The notes under the pieces are model-generated. The model saw only the letters and a program-made list of their open reading frames with translations. It did not search any database and was not told where the DNA came from. Below, in pieces: positions 39,378-51,229 of a stretch of DNA of 64,000 nt. The DNA comes from Guillardia theta CCMP2712 (lineage: Eukaryota > Protista > Cryptophyta): the NCBI RefSeq assembly GCF_000315625.1, contig NW_005434545.1, positions 120,786-184,785 of the forward strand, given 5' to 3'. Each line of letters begins with the position of its first letter. The first letter of the stretch is position 1. The position numbers and the translations under genes are program-made.

Positions 39378-42338
39378 ATGGAGGAATATGCTAGGCTATG
39401 CAGCAAGAGGAGGGCGGGAGAGGAGAAGCTTGACGAGGGAGTTGTGGATGTGGGAAGGGAAAGAGGAAGAGAGGTCATCTCAGGTCCTCCCTCCTCCTCC
39501 TCCTCCTCCTCCTCCTCGTCTCAGCGTCAAGCTCCAGAGGTTCCCGCAGGAGGCGCCTGGTGGGACGCTGTTTGCCTCTTTGCACGCGGGCAGAGGCAGA
39601 AGGAGCTTTTCGAGTCTCTCGTCGAGTTCCGCAAGTTGAACGCCATGATACCGACCTTCAACAACTGCATGTACCTCGTCGTCGACATCGAGGACGGTGG
39701 CGCGGCCGGTCAGAAGTTCAGCGTCAACAAGTTCCTCAAGGAGTTGAATGAGAGGATGATGAGGGAGGGAGGGAAACACTTAGAAGAGTGCAAGGTGTCT
39801 TTCATCTACTCCAGCATCGAAGATCTGTGGATGGAAATGCATCCCTGGGGCGAGATGTTCGCTCCGTGCTCTCATCCTGTGCTCCCACACGTTCAGACCA
39901 GCACCATGGTCGACTTCAAGCTTTCTTCCATGTTGAGCCTCGCGGCCCACGGCAAGGCGGGGATCTACTTGGTGAGCGTCGGCAACGTCTATCTGCTCGA
40001 TCCCTTCAGCATCCCCTCGCGCTTGCAGCTCAGAGATCACAAGATGTTTGCGCTGGGCAGGCGTCAGGCAGCAGGGGCTGACGAGGCCCGAGGGGTCTTG
40101 ATCGCGAACGATGAGGCAGAGCGACAGGATGAGTCGATCGTAAGATGCAATCGTTACATGAGGAGAGGCGAGCAGGAGCAAGGGGACGCTGCTGCTGAGC
40201 AAGCTACTGCAGACGTAGGCGTCGTGCCCTCTGACCTCTACATCGAGCATGAGCTCTTCGTGCTTTTGGCGGAAACTCTAGAGCACAAACCATACAAGAG
40301 CCTGGTCGATGGCATTCTCGCCAGCGCCTTCTCGTGCAACCTGAGCATGGAGGAGGAGAACAAGGAGAACCTCGTCCACCTCGCCATCAGCTCGAACCGC
40401 GAGCTCTACATGCCGTGCGTCGTTGCCGGACCCTCTGAAACTGTGAGGTTGGGGAGGCGTCAAGCTGAGGCGGGAAAGACGAGCAGCGTGCTGGGATCTT
40501 ACGTGGACTCGAGCAGCAGCGTGGAAGGCTGCAGCATCTTGAACTCCTCCCTTCACTCTGTCACGGCGCAACCAGCGAGCCGGATCGAACTGTCGACGAT
40601 CATCCGGGCAGAGGGGCAGGAGGGATCGCATACCATAGGGAGGTCCTCGACCGTCAGTGGCGTCTTCTACAGTCATCCTACGACCCCGCTGGTCCTTCCA
40701 GAAGACGTCCGGCTGCTGTCGTTCCCGATCCTGAGTGAGGGAGGAGGAGTCAAGTTCCTCACAGCCTTCACCGGTGCTAGCGACGATCTCGAGGAAGCAC
40801 CTGTGCGCAGGTTCCTAAACCTGCCGGTAGAGGCGATCTGCGAGAGACAGGGCTCACTCCGAGAGCTTCTCGCCCCTCCTCATGACCTCCTCCATGCTCC
40901 GCTCTTTCCCCTCCACGAGGACCCCACCACCTCCGTGCTGCTGGCACTGCACGCCATCCATCAGCTGCTGGGCAACGAGCAGGACGCTTCCTTGTACGCC
41001 AGGGCGATCCCTCTTCCTCTGACGCCCCAGAAAGCCGACAGGACTTCCCTGCATGCGGCTCTTCCTCTGTTCTCGTCGCAGCAGTGCTACGTAAAGTTCG
41101 CTCCTCTCCCGGGCCCGTGCCTTCAGTCCGTCACCTTCCACAACTTGCACTCCTGCTGGTCGTTCCCAGCAAGGGGGGTGAGGCCAGCACAGGTCCAGCT
41201 GCCTGCGCGGCTCATCGTAGCGGGAGGATGGACGGATACGCCTCCTGTTTGCTTCATGCACCCGGGCGGGATCTTCAACCTCTCCTGCAGGCTTGACGGG
41301 CAAGACCCTCTGCAGGCGCGGGTGGAGGTGGTAGGAGGAGAGCGGCTGGAGCTCTGCTCGGAGGACCAGCAGGCGGAGGAGGGGTACGGCAGCTGGGAGG
41401 AGTTGTACGAGGGCATGAGGGCAGGAGGGCATGCGCTATCGCCCTGGAGGACGATGGGCCACGAGTCGTGCACCGCTGTGCATGCTGCTGTCATCTCCGT
41501 CCTCTTCGACTCGAACCTCTACGGCAGGATCAGCTCGCAGGCCTCCTCCTCCTCTCCCTCTCCCTTCCCTCGCGGCATTCGCCTCCTCACCAACTCTCTT
41601 CTCCCCAAGGGCAGCGGACTCGGCGGCTCCTCCATCCTCGCGCTCGCCTGCGTCCGCGCGCTTGAGGATGCGTGTGGGCTGGAGATGAGCCTGCGGCAGG
41701 AGATGGACGCAGTGCTCATGGTGGAACAGCTGCTGGGCACGGGAGGAGGGTGGCAGGACCAGATCGGCTGCGAGCCCGGAGCCAAGTTCACGACCCGGGA
41801 TCAGGGAGGATACCACGTGAGCAGAGTGAGCATGTCAGAGGAGCATGCTGCCCTCCTCAACTCGCGCCTCCTCTGCCTTGGGACCAGCATGACGAGAGTC
41901 GCCAAAACGGTGCTGGTTGGCGTCGTGGACAAGTTCTGCTCCGGCGACTTCAACATCGTCAGCATCCTCGGCAGGCAGCTCGAGCTCAATGCCAGGAGCA
42001 TGAGGGATAAGTTCCTCCGGTTCGCCGCCTGCTCCCTGAGGGAGGAGGAGGAGCTCGAAGCTTGCCTGCGCGACATCGGGGAGGAACTTGAGCGCTACCG
42101 CGAGCACTGCGAGGGCTTACAGGGCAGCACGTTCATGCCCGAGAGCCTCCGGCCGATCTTCGCAGCCATGGCAGGGTACACCTACGGGGCGAACCTGATG
42201 GGGGCAGGGAACGGAGGCTTCATCGTGGGTGTGGTCAAGGCGGGGAGGAACAAGGAGGAAGTTCTGCTCGCTTGCCAGCAGGTTGCAGTGACATGTGGCG
42301 TTTCGTTGACTCTGGCGAATGTGGAGGTGACAGTGTGA
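39378..42338 (+). CDS. L-fucokinase-like GHMP kinase, intronless, 986 aa
   Basis: PARLIVAGGWTDTPP, LPKGSGLGGSSIL, EQLLGTGGGWQDQIG and GAGNGGF are fucokinase/GHMP motifs. N-terminal half divergent. Confidence 0.85.
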   Translation: MEEYARLCSKRRAGEEKLDEGVVDVGRERGREVISGPPSSSSSSSSSSQRQAPEVPAGGAWWDAVCLFARGQRQKELFESLVEFRKLNAMIPTFNNCMYLVVDIEDGGAAGQKFSVNKFLKELNERMMREGGKHLEECKVSFIYSSIEDLWMEMHPWGEMFAPCSHPVLPHVQTSTMVDFKLSSMLSLAAHGKAGIYLVSVGNVYLLDPFSIPSRLQLRDHKMFALGRRQAAGADEARGVLIANDEAERQDESIVRCNRYMRRGEQEQGDAAAEQATADVGVVPSDLYIEHELFVLLAETLEHKPYKSLVDGILASAFSCNLSMEEENKENLVHLAISSNRELYMPCVVAGPSETVRLGRRQAEAGKTSSVLGSYVDSSSSVEGCSILNSSLHSVTAQPASRIELSTIIRAEGQEGSHTIGRSSTVSGVFYSHPTTPLVLPEDVRLLSFPILSEGGGVKFLTAFTGASDDLEEAPVRRFLNLPVEAICERQGSLRELLAPPHDLLHAPLFPLHEDPTTSVLLALHAIHQLLGNEQDASLYARAIPLPLTPQKADRTSLHAALPLFSSQQCYVKFAPLPGPCLQSVTFHNLHSCWSFPARGVRPAQVQLPARLIVAGGWTDTPPVCFMHPGGIFNLSCRLDGQDPLQARVEVVGGERLELCSEDQQAEEGYGSWEELYEGMRAGGHALSPWRTMGHESCTAVHAAVISVLFDSNLYGRISSQASSSSPSPFPRGIRLLTNSLLPKGSGLGGSSILALACVRALEDACGLEMSLRQEMDAVLMVEQLLGTGGGWQDQIGCEPGAKFTTRDQGGYHVSRVSMSEEHAALLNSRLLCLGTSMTRVAKTVLVGVVDKFCSGDFNIVSILGRQLELNARSMRDKFLRFAACSLREEEELEACLRDIGEELERYREHCEGLQGSTFMPESLRPIFAAMAGYTYGANLMGAGNGGFIVGVVKAGRNKEEVLLACQQVAVTCGVSLTLANVEVTV

Positions 42339-42503
42339 GAACAAGGACGGAGAGGAGAAGGAGGAGGAGGAGGAGGAGGAGGAGGAGGAGGAAGCAACAT
42401 TAAAGATCACCAATTTCATTGTGTGTTATGGATTAAGTTAGAACACATAAGATTCGAGAAGACAGGAGAGACGGGGGGAGGACGAGGTAACAGGGAGGTC
42501 AAT

Positions 42504-45406
42504 CTAGAGCAGCCATGCTCCTTCATCGTCGATTGCGTTCTTCTTCCTGCGATCCTCCTCCAGCTTGCGGTACTTGGCCGACTGTGACAGGGGAGTGAGA
42601 GAGCGGGAGGATCTACGGAAGAGCATACATCTTCGTCTGGGATCAGATTCGGGAGGGGAAGCTTGAAGAGGTCGATATCTGACAAGATAAGTTAAAGGAG
42701 GAGGGAGGGAGGGAGGGAGGGAGGGAGGGAGGGAGGAGAGAAAAGGAGGAGGAGGAGAGAGAGTTGACGAGACAAAGGAGAAGTCAAAGGAGGAAGAGGA
42801 GGAAGAGAAAAGGAGGAGGAAGAAGATCCTCACTGGGCAAGAAGCTGGAGCTCTTCTCCTCAGCTGCTTCATTTCCTTCCTTGACGTCCGCCTGCATCCC
42901 CTTCGCATCACAACACCCGCCCCTCTCCCCACTGCTCATCACCTCAGCCTTGGACTTCTTGGAGGGGGACGATGCCGTCGGAGACTCCGAGGTCTGCGCC
43001 TTGAGTTGCCAGAAGGACCGTTTGGCAGCGAAGTCCTTCTCCGACACAGTCTTGCTCTCAGCCTTCTTCTGCTCGGGTTTCGCAGAGGAGGAGGAGGAGG
43101 AGGAAGCGGTCGTAGCAGTGGTGGCCTCCTTGGCTGCAGGAGGGGCAGAGGAACCCAGCAGGATGTTGTTAGTGAGAAAGTCGAATGGCTGGCTGGGCTG
43201 GCTGGGCTGGCTGGTGGTTGACTCCTTGCTCTGCTTTGAGGGCGCAGCAGCTCCGAGCTTCGTTTGACCTCCCTTCTTCTGCGCGTTGCTCGAGCTCTGC
43301 TGCTTCTGCGCAACACGGAAGGAGTCAAACATCAACTCCAGCACTGGAGGGACGTAGGAGAAGGGGGATGAGGAGAGGGCAAAGCAGTAATTCAGATCAC
43401 CTTGGCGTTGCCCGTTGACTTGTTGGAGGAGCTCTCGCCCTTCTTGTCCGCTGGGGTCTCCCCAGCTGCCTTGCTATCCTGCATGGAGGAAGTCACTTGA
43501 GCCTGGCAGGAGGGGGGGGGGGTGAGAGGGTTACCTTCATCGAGTACGCGATCAACGAGGCGATCACAATCGCCGCGATGCTGGGGGTTATGATTTGCTT
43601 CAAGGCACCAGGTCAGGACCTCAGCTCAGCCCCAGCAGCCTCCCTACCTCGGGGGACATGGTGTTGGTCCAGGCGTACCAGGACGAATCGGAGTCGGCCT
43701 GTTGCTGGCCCAGTGCCGTCAGTCGACTGGAAACTATTGCGCGACCAGTCACCTTGTTCGACTTCTTGCTCCTCTTCGCCTCCTCGGCCTTCTTCGCTGC
43801 AGCTTTCCTCGCTGCCTCCTCGGCCGCAGCCTTCTTCTTGGCCTCCTCAGCAGCCTTCTTCTTGGCCTCCTCGACCGCAGCCTTCTTTTTGGCCTCCTCG
43901 GCCGTGGCCTTCTTCTTGGCCTCCTCGGCGGCAGCCTTCTTCTTGGCCTCCTCAGCCGTGGCCTTCTTCTTGGCCTCCTCAGCAGCCTTCCTTGCACTCT
44001 CTTCCTCTAGTGAACCGACAGTCAGCGGTATTCATCCGCCGGTCTATGACTTGCCTTTTCTCTTTGCCTCAGCGCTGGCTACGTTGTCGCTGCTTGCCTG
44101 CGATGTGCCAGGTTGAGCGGCGAGGAAGCAGAGGCAGGGAATCACCTTAGCGTTGTAACTTTCTGAGATACCGCCGGACAGTGTGTCCGTCAAATTGGCA
44201 ACCGTCACAAAGGCCTTGTTCATCACCGAACTAGCCTGCAGCCAGTCGTCACATGCTGTCGACGACACTCACGAGTCTTTACGGCAAGGCCAATCCTTCC
44301 ACTGATAGCACCCTTGTGCTCAACAGGGTCCCACGTGTCATCGATGATTGCAAAACATTGTCCTTGAATATGATACAAGTCAGTAAAACATGGAGCTGTC
44401 GCAGTAGGGAACTACCAGTCAGGCAATCCTTGCGAGCCAGGCAGCCTGTTTCCGGTGCATCAAACCAAGCGAAGGAGAAGCACTTGTTTCCTCTCCTGCA
44501 TTGTTGGGATCAGACGTGACATAGAGTACTCAAGATGCTCTCGAGAAGAAACACGATATCAGTAACGCTTTCTACGTGGCTACCTGTCCTTGTAGTTGAC
44601 GCACGCAGTCTCGCACTGTCCAACCGTCGGAAATGTGCCAACGTATCGCTGATTCTTGTAGTTTCCTTGCCATCTTGCCCTGGGAACATGCTCGTAAGTT
44701 CAACATCAAGGCAAGCAAGCATTTGATACTTTGGGGCGTTGTTGTAGTCGGCATAGCATGCCATCTCCTTGCAGTGGTTTTCACCCAAGAATGCAAATGT
44801 GCATGCACATTGCAAGACCAAGAAGCAAGCGAGTAAGCACTCGCACGAGTGAAGTTTCCCCAGCATTGCCTGCAGACGACAGCGTGAGCCGTGCTGAAGG
44901 TTCACCACCCTATGGGTCAGGCATCCAGCGAATGTACGTGAGCATGTTGGCAGGTGTGATTGTGAAGATTGAAGCAAATGACAACAATATTCGATCATTC
45001 ATCAGAATTCTGCTCAAGACAAGCCAACTGTACATCAATCTCTTCAATCGCTGGTATTGACTTCGACGTATCTCCTTGCACGCCTACTCGTTTCACTTCG
45101 TACATCGATTGCTTGCAATCATGCATACCCTCCAGCCCCCAATCCATATACTCCTCTTCTCAGCATTCAGGCGCTATCAACTGCTCACCGTTCTAGCGAA
45201 AGTGAAGTGTCAACCAACTGCTACACTGCTCTTGCAACAGGGCAACAACATAGTGGATAATCTTCCCTTACGGTCTGCTTTCAAGCTCGGCCATTCTCAC
45301 ACAGTTTATCTCAACTACATGTGCTGTACAACTTCCCTGCTGATACCTGATCTCCACATTCTCCCTCCCTCCCTGCCCTTGGCATCTTCGTCTTCCTCCT
45401 TTCCAT
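42504..45406 (-). CDS. Hypothetical multi-exon protein with EEAKKKAAA repeats (ends approximate)
   Basis: Series of exon-like ORFs bounded by GT-AG, a charged helical repeat and a Ser/Lys-rich C-terminus. Confidence 0.5.
43775..43995 (-). repeat. Coding 24-27 bp tandem repeat, (EEAKKKA[A/T]A)n, single-alpha-helix-like
   Basis: GAGGAGGCCAA(G/A)AAGAAGGC recurs six times on the minus strand. Confidence 0.85.
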
Positions 45407-46279
45407 ATCCCTCCTCCCTCGGCACCCCGTCATTTCGGCCTGGGGCGCTTGAAATTGTCCCTGTACCCCCTGATTTTGCAATGTGAGGGTACTTAATTGC
45501 CTACTACCCGTACATAGTATATCACATGACCCACCTATTTGACTACACCTATTTCCTACCACCCCATCAAGGGTAACCCCTACCCACCTAAAGTCTCTTC
45601 CCAGCCTGATTTTCGAGCTCCTGCACCCGAACTCGGAGTCCATTACCCACCCCAACCTTATGACTACCCCACCCACTACAAATCATAACAAGGACCCCTA
45701 ATTGAAATATATCCACCACCCACCCATATGAAGGAAGTAACTGACCCCACCTACCTTTACACCTTATCAAAATGTAACGCCACTACTACACCACCCCTTT
45801 CTTTGCAAACCCTCATGAACCCCTAGTATGTACCCACCCCACCCTCTTTTTTCCTGGCTCTATCCCCACCCTTCATCTGAACTTAGCATAATAGCCACCA
45901 CCCCAACCTAACGGCTTGACCACCACCTACCCGATTACTCTTGCCGAGGTGTAGACAGGGTAGTATACCTATATATTTTTTGATATATATATATATATGT
46001 ATTATTGACTTGAGAACACCATTAAGAATTTTCACTAATAAAATATTACTTTTTAATGTTTGTGGCTCATTTGCTGTCTCAAAAAGATAAAACATGTTTT
46101 TGCTGGTACAATTATCTTCTTACATCCGAGCAATTGGTACCTCTAAAAACTTCTATTTAGACAAATATAAAATCTTTTTGCACTCAAGTATCCGCAGGTA
46201 TCCGCATGTGCATCCGCAAGTATCCGCAGGTATCCGTGTAGATCCATCGGGATGCTGGTTCAGGTGCCGGGCGCGTGGC

Positions 46280-47898
46280 CATGGGCTGGAGCGGGAGCAG
46301 GGGGCGGGGCATGGGAAGCAGGAGGAGGCATGAGAACCTGGGCAGGAGGGATGAGGTGATGTTCCTGACGACATGGCGTCTTCGTGTGCTGAGGTGTCCC
46401 AGGGCTCCAAGACTGGCACCCGGCGATCCGATCCGCTGCCGATGCTCCGTATGGCAGGCTGAGGGTGTTCAGTCTCACATGACAAGGAAGAAGGTAGAAG
46501 CACATCCTTGCTCTCTCATGTCCCAGCATGCTCGTCAGATGGGATCATCTCTCGCCTTCCTGGCCTCGTGGGCTGTTTCCCGTTCCTTACATCGAGTTCA
46601 GTTGATGTTGCACACTTTCGCGCTTCTCTCAGCCTGGTTGGCATCAGCGAGACAGTCCGATGCTTCGGATCTCTACAAACGACTCGAGAAGGTCGAGCAT
46701 GCCTGTGATGAGAGGAAGAGCTGAGGCTGGGGGAGGGCAGAGGGATCCAGAAGCGCTGTCTAAACCTCTCATGCCGTCGGTGAGCCAAGACTGTGTCCCT
46801 CATCTTTCTAATCCTCGTGTCAGATTGTAGCGATACCAGTGGCAGAACAGGTTTATCCTGACTGGTTGGAGGGGACTTGGGATGTTTCATGCAAGGTATG
46901 CGTGTGGTTGGTGAGGGAGGTCCAGGGGATGAGGAGATCCTTCAGTTCTCGGGATACTTGTTGCCCGTGAAGCAGTTGTCCAAGGAGCAAATCATGAGGG
47001 ATGTCGAGATCCCGGGGTTTCAGAAGCTGTCGATTGCTCTCCTGCCCGATGTCGGCTCATCTGCGTCATTCCAGAAATCTTTCCGAAGGAGGGCGGATGG
47101 GAAGGTGGAGGAAACCCTTCGCGCGCCTGTCGCGCGCCTTTCGAAGGGTGAGTTTGTTGGCAGGTAGTTGAAGACCGGCAGGCTGGTTTCACATCGCTCA
47201 TCAACTCATACGTCGGATCCTCTGCAGTGAAGTCTGTTACATGCACTAACGACAGGTTTCGAGCTGGCTGAGCCGCCATGTGCCACGTACCGATGCATTT
47301 CTGCTCCAGGGATTCCATCGAACTGATACCTGGCAAGACGAGGAACGCTGAGCGGATCGGTAAGAGGATTTTCGAATGGGCTATGGACGCAAAGCTCTGA
47401 TGTACTCTCCAGAGCTCTTCTCAAGTTCTAGGGACAGCGAGGCCGTGGGGGACATCTTCGTTTGCTCGGACTACGTTCGACAGGTTGGATTCGGCAGGAG
47501 TCTCGTTCTTGCTCCTCTAACTATCTCTCTAGGTCACCTATGGCCTATCAAAGCAGTTCGGAGTAGCCAGACAGGTCTGTCATGTAGTTGACGATGGTAG
47601 TCGCCGATACTGGTAGCAGGTGGTGGGGGAATATCAACACTTCTGGACTTTCAAGAAGAAGACCGATTATGAGTTGACCGCCAACCTTCTCACAGCAGCT
47701 TACCTTCAGGTGCAATCGTAGATGGCGTCTGTTAGTCGCATGTTCGAATGACTTTCAAATGACTTTCCCCCCAGCCGCAAGATCCTCTTTTCTTCCAGGC
47801 CCCATCGAAGGTAAGCTGTGTCCTACAGCCCGTGGACTGAGGAGGTTTTGCAGGCTGTTGTAGTGTACTCCACCGATTACAATTTCAGACGTGGATAA
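46280..47898 (+). CDS. DUF6816-like probable plastid protein (start uncertain)
   Basis: VYPDWLEGTWDVSCK, FVCSDYVRQ and NLLTAAYLQ|PQDPLFFQAPSK|AVVVYS resemble the cyanobacterial/plant DUF6816 family as I recall it. Confidence 0.6.
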
Positions 47899-48187
47899 GC
47901 TATACTCCACCGATTACACTTTCAGACGCGGATGGGCTGTAAAGAATGTATTTCTACGACTCAATGAAACAACTATTCCTGACCATCTTGATCTAAACGC
48001 TATTGACAGAAACAATAATGCCTAGAAAGAACGAATACAATTTCCTCATCGGCAAAAAGCATGCAGTTGACAGAGAGGAAGGGAAAAATAACTTAACGCC
48101 TGTCACAATACGGTAAGGCCACTACTTATCATGTTATCTACTTGTACAAAAGATCCTGATACATCTCAAATCTACATATGAGTCTAA

Positions 48188-48943
48188 TCAGTTGTTTGGT
48201 TGTCCTCGAATCATATTCTGCAAAATACGAAATCAGATAACGAAGTTGCGGGAACAACAGAAATCCACCTCTCGTCGCACAGCAACCGCCTTTGCCTCCT
48301 CCGCAAGCTGCATGTAGTTTTTATTATAGGCATCCTCCTTGCAAAGACACAAATTCTTGCAAGCATGTTCCTGTCATGAATCAGCTCTACCACGCATTTG
48401 GGGAAGAAGAATTACCTCAGGAAGACGATGATCAGGGCAAAACTTCAGATCGCAGTACTGGCAGTCTCCAGCAATCTGCAGACATTCAGTCAAGATCATA
48501 GAGAGCCGACTAGCTAACGGTGCCAGACCTGCATGTAATATTCTTTGCAACCTTTGACAACACACCTCCTTTTCCCTGCTCCTCCTCGAAGCCTGCAAAC
48601 AATCAGATCAAGAAGTGCGGAGAATGTGTTGTCACCTGCTGCAGCCCCTTAATTTTGTGTCATCCCCTGTCTGCTGTTCGCTGATCTCAGGGTCTTTCGT
48701 CCACGAAGCGACTTCAAATCCTCCGACGAGATCTGCTGAATTTCGCAATTCAACGTTTTCCGGGTAATGTGCGACGAGACTGTTCTTAGGGTGAAGGAAT
48801 GGTGAGTTGGAATCAATACTTGCGAATGTCTGTAACTCAATAGATTGCGAAGAGAAGTCTGATATAGCATAAGAGACCCGCACGAGGGTCAAGGCTAAAA
48901 TCAGCATCGACGGCCCCACGATATGAGAGATCCCTCTGTACAT
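48188..48943 (-). CDS. AN1-type zinc finger protein with bipartite leader ending RLRGG
   Basis: Signal-like MLILALTLVRVSYA; spliced LRGCS|RLRGGAGKRRCVVKGCKEYYMQ|IAGDCQYCDLKFCPDHRLPE|EHAC is an AN1 signature. Confidence 0.85.
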
Positions 48944-49151
48944 CTTTGAAAAGTTCTTGAAACCTTGTTCAGATCGAACACGCTTCATCCGATGAAAGAT
49001 AAATCGGCGGCTGCCATCTCCCCCGCCAGGTTACGACCAAATTATTGTTGATTTGAGAATTTCTGCTTCAAGAAACGACTCAGCTTTCAAGAGAAACTTG
49101 TACAAACAGCGAAGCAATAGACATATGACATCTGGGATTTCCGGAGGAAAC

Positions 49152-49853
49152 TCAATTCAAATCAACATCCATTTCAAATCGAGAATTCACACAGATATCT
49201 CCTTCATGTCTAGCGCGACTTAGCACAAAACAAAGTCTTTGTGGTTCGCAACATAGACCTCTCTGAGGTACACTTCCAACAACATTTGTCCGCCTCACGA
49301 GAACAACTGATATTATAACTTCATGATGCAGATGGGACGTTTCGGAAACCATCCTCTGTGCAGAAAATTTCCCTCTTTGCGCATCTCAATATCTAGTTTG
49401 CTGGTTGCTTTTGGTTTTTCTATCTGAACGGACACGTCTTTGAAAAATAGCCAAATGATCATGGCAAACACCAAGAAACTTTTCATAAAAACTTCAGAGC
49501 TCAAAACTAGTTGATTCCTCTTTCTCGAATTCTTTATCCGCTTCTTCCCACCAAATTCGTTCATACCCCACGGAGTACTCGTTCACATACATCACAACAT
49601 ATCAGTAAAATTGTGCATTTTTGCCTCACGAAACACTACGAAAGTTGCAGGCATATGTTTTTTCTACAAAGTTGCAGGTCATTATCAGAACTTGTGAAGT
49701 GCAACATTGTGATCCCCTAGATAAAATCACTTGAATCCTTGAAGCTCACGTACTGTTTGCTTCTCTACTCTTGACTCGATGTTTAAAACGTTTCTCCCGC
49801 ATGCCGAGCAGGGAAGTGTCCATGATCTCTATCCTCCATTTGTTCGTTCCCAT
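49152..49853 (-). CDS. Possible hypothetical protein with one transmembrane segment
   Basis: ORF fragment with FMKSFLVFAMIIWLFF; exon structure unresolved. Confidence 0.25.
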
Positions 49854-51229
49854 CACCTCCTCCTCCCCGCCTCTGCCTCTTCCTTATCCTCGGCTCTATT
49901 CACTGCGCTTCGACGTTGCAGCCATCACAGATGGAATTGCGAGCAGCCTCTTTAGGGGTGGGGGGGTACACCATTTCATCTTTTGGGTGGGGTCATTCTA
50001 CAGGGATTGGGTAGGGTTATGAATAGTCATCTTGGAGGTAGGGTGGATAATAGCATGGGGTGTCGTGGATTGAAACGGGGTTGTATTCGCGGAATACTTC
50101 GTTTGATGAGGTGGGTAGGGTGGTTTGAGATTCAATGAAATAGGTGGGGTGGGTTGTGAGGGCCGACGACAAAGAGTTACCAAGAGGGTAGGGTAGTCTT
50201 CTAGGTGTTTGTGGGGACACAAGGAAACGGGTAGGGTGGTATCTGCTGAGGATCATCCTTTGCCCACGGGGTACCGATAAATTGCACTTATTATAGGGGT
50301 GGGGTATATATCAGCCCCAAAGGAAAGCCTTCAACGGGTGGGGGTGAAATAATCTGATCCTGAAGAAGGGGTGGGTTGAAAACCTGTAAAGCTGCCTGGG
50401 GGTAGGGTCTGTAGAATTGGGTAGGTGGGTAGGGGTAATGCTTGCAGGGGTAACAACAAGGTGGCCGGACATACTACCCAGGCCTTGATGACCCTACCAG
50501 GGAAAACGAGTGAAGTAATGTCTCAGTACCCGTTATTTCCGAATAGAAAAGATATCGAGTAAGGGGGTCAGGACAACCCCCACCCCCCATATACGCACCA
50601 TGAACCTCTGTGCACCCAACCACCCGTCGAATTTCCTTTTGGACAGATAAAGCCCGGGGTATTCGACAGAAACGCGCCCGAAATCTTGGGTGACAGATTA
50701 AAATCTTATCTATTTTAAAGCATATTCTCCTCTGCCTTAACCGGTCCAAACAAGGCAAAGACATCTAGAGGGGGTGGGTACTCTCTGGTACCAATTAATA
50801 ATTGTTAACAACCTTTTTAGGATTACGGTACAAAAAGTATTCTTGTATTCGACTACCCCTCCACTTCACTCTCACTACCCCCCATTACCCCCACCTCTCC
50901 TCAATCCACCACCCCCCCACCCTCCTTTGTCAGAGAACATCGGTTGTCACATGGGTGGTCGTCATACCCCAAACAGACTACAGTACCCCCTCCTGGCAGC
51001 CTGACATACTATACGTAGGAGGGGTACTTCATCACGATTAGGAAAGTCTACAGTACCCCCTTGTGGGTGAAGGAAGGCAAGATGGGAAGAAGTATCAGAA
51101 GATACCTACTGCGAGAGGGATGATGGTATTAGTTCCCAACCTTGCTTCAATCACCATGATTTTGCCAGAATACCACCTATGTAGAATCATCACACCACAA
51201 CATACACGGGAAACAAGAAGATTGAAGGG

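Noticed and set aside
46189-46240. Short TATCCGCA(G/T/A)G tandem repeat
   Set aside because: Only 4-5 imperfect copies; no evidence of function.
49950-50470. Telomeric repeat
   Set aside because: GGGTA/GGGTG words are dispersed, not in tandem register.
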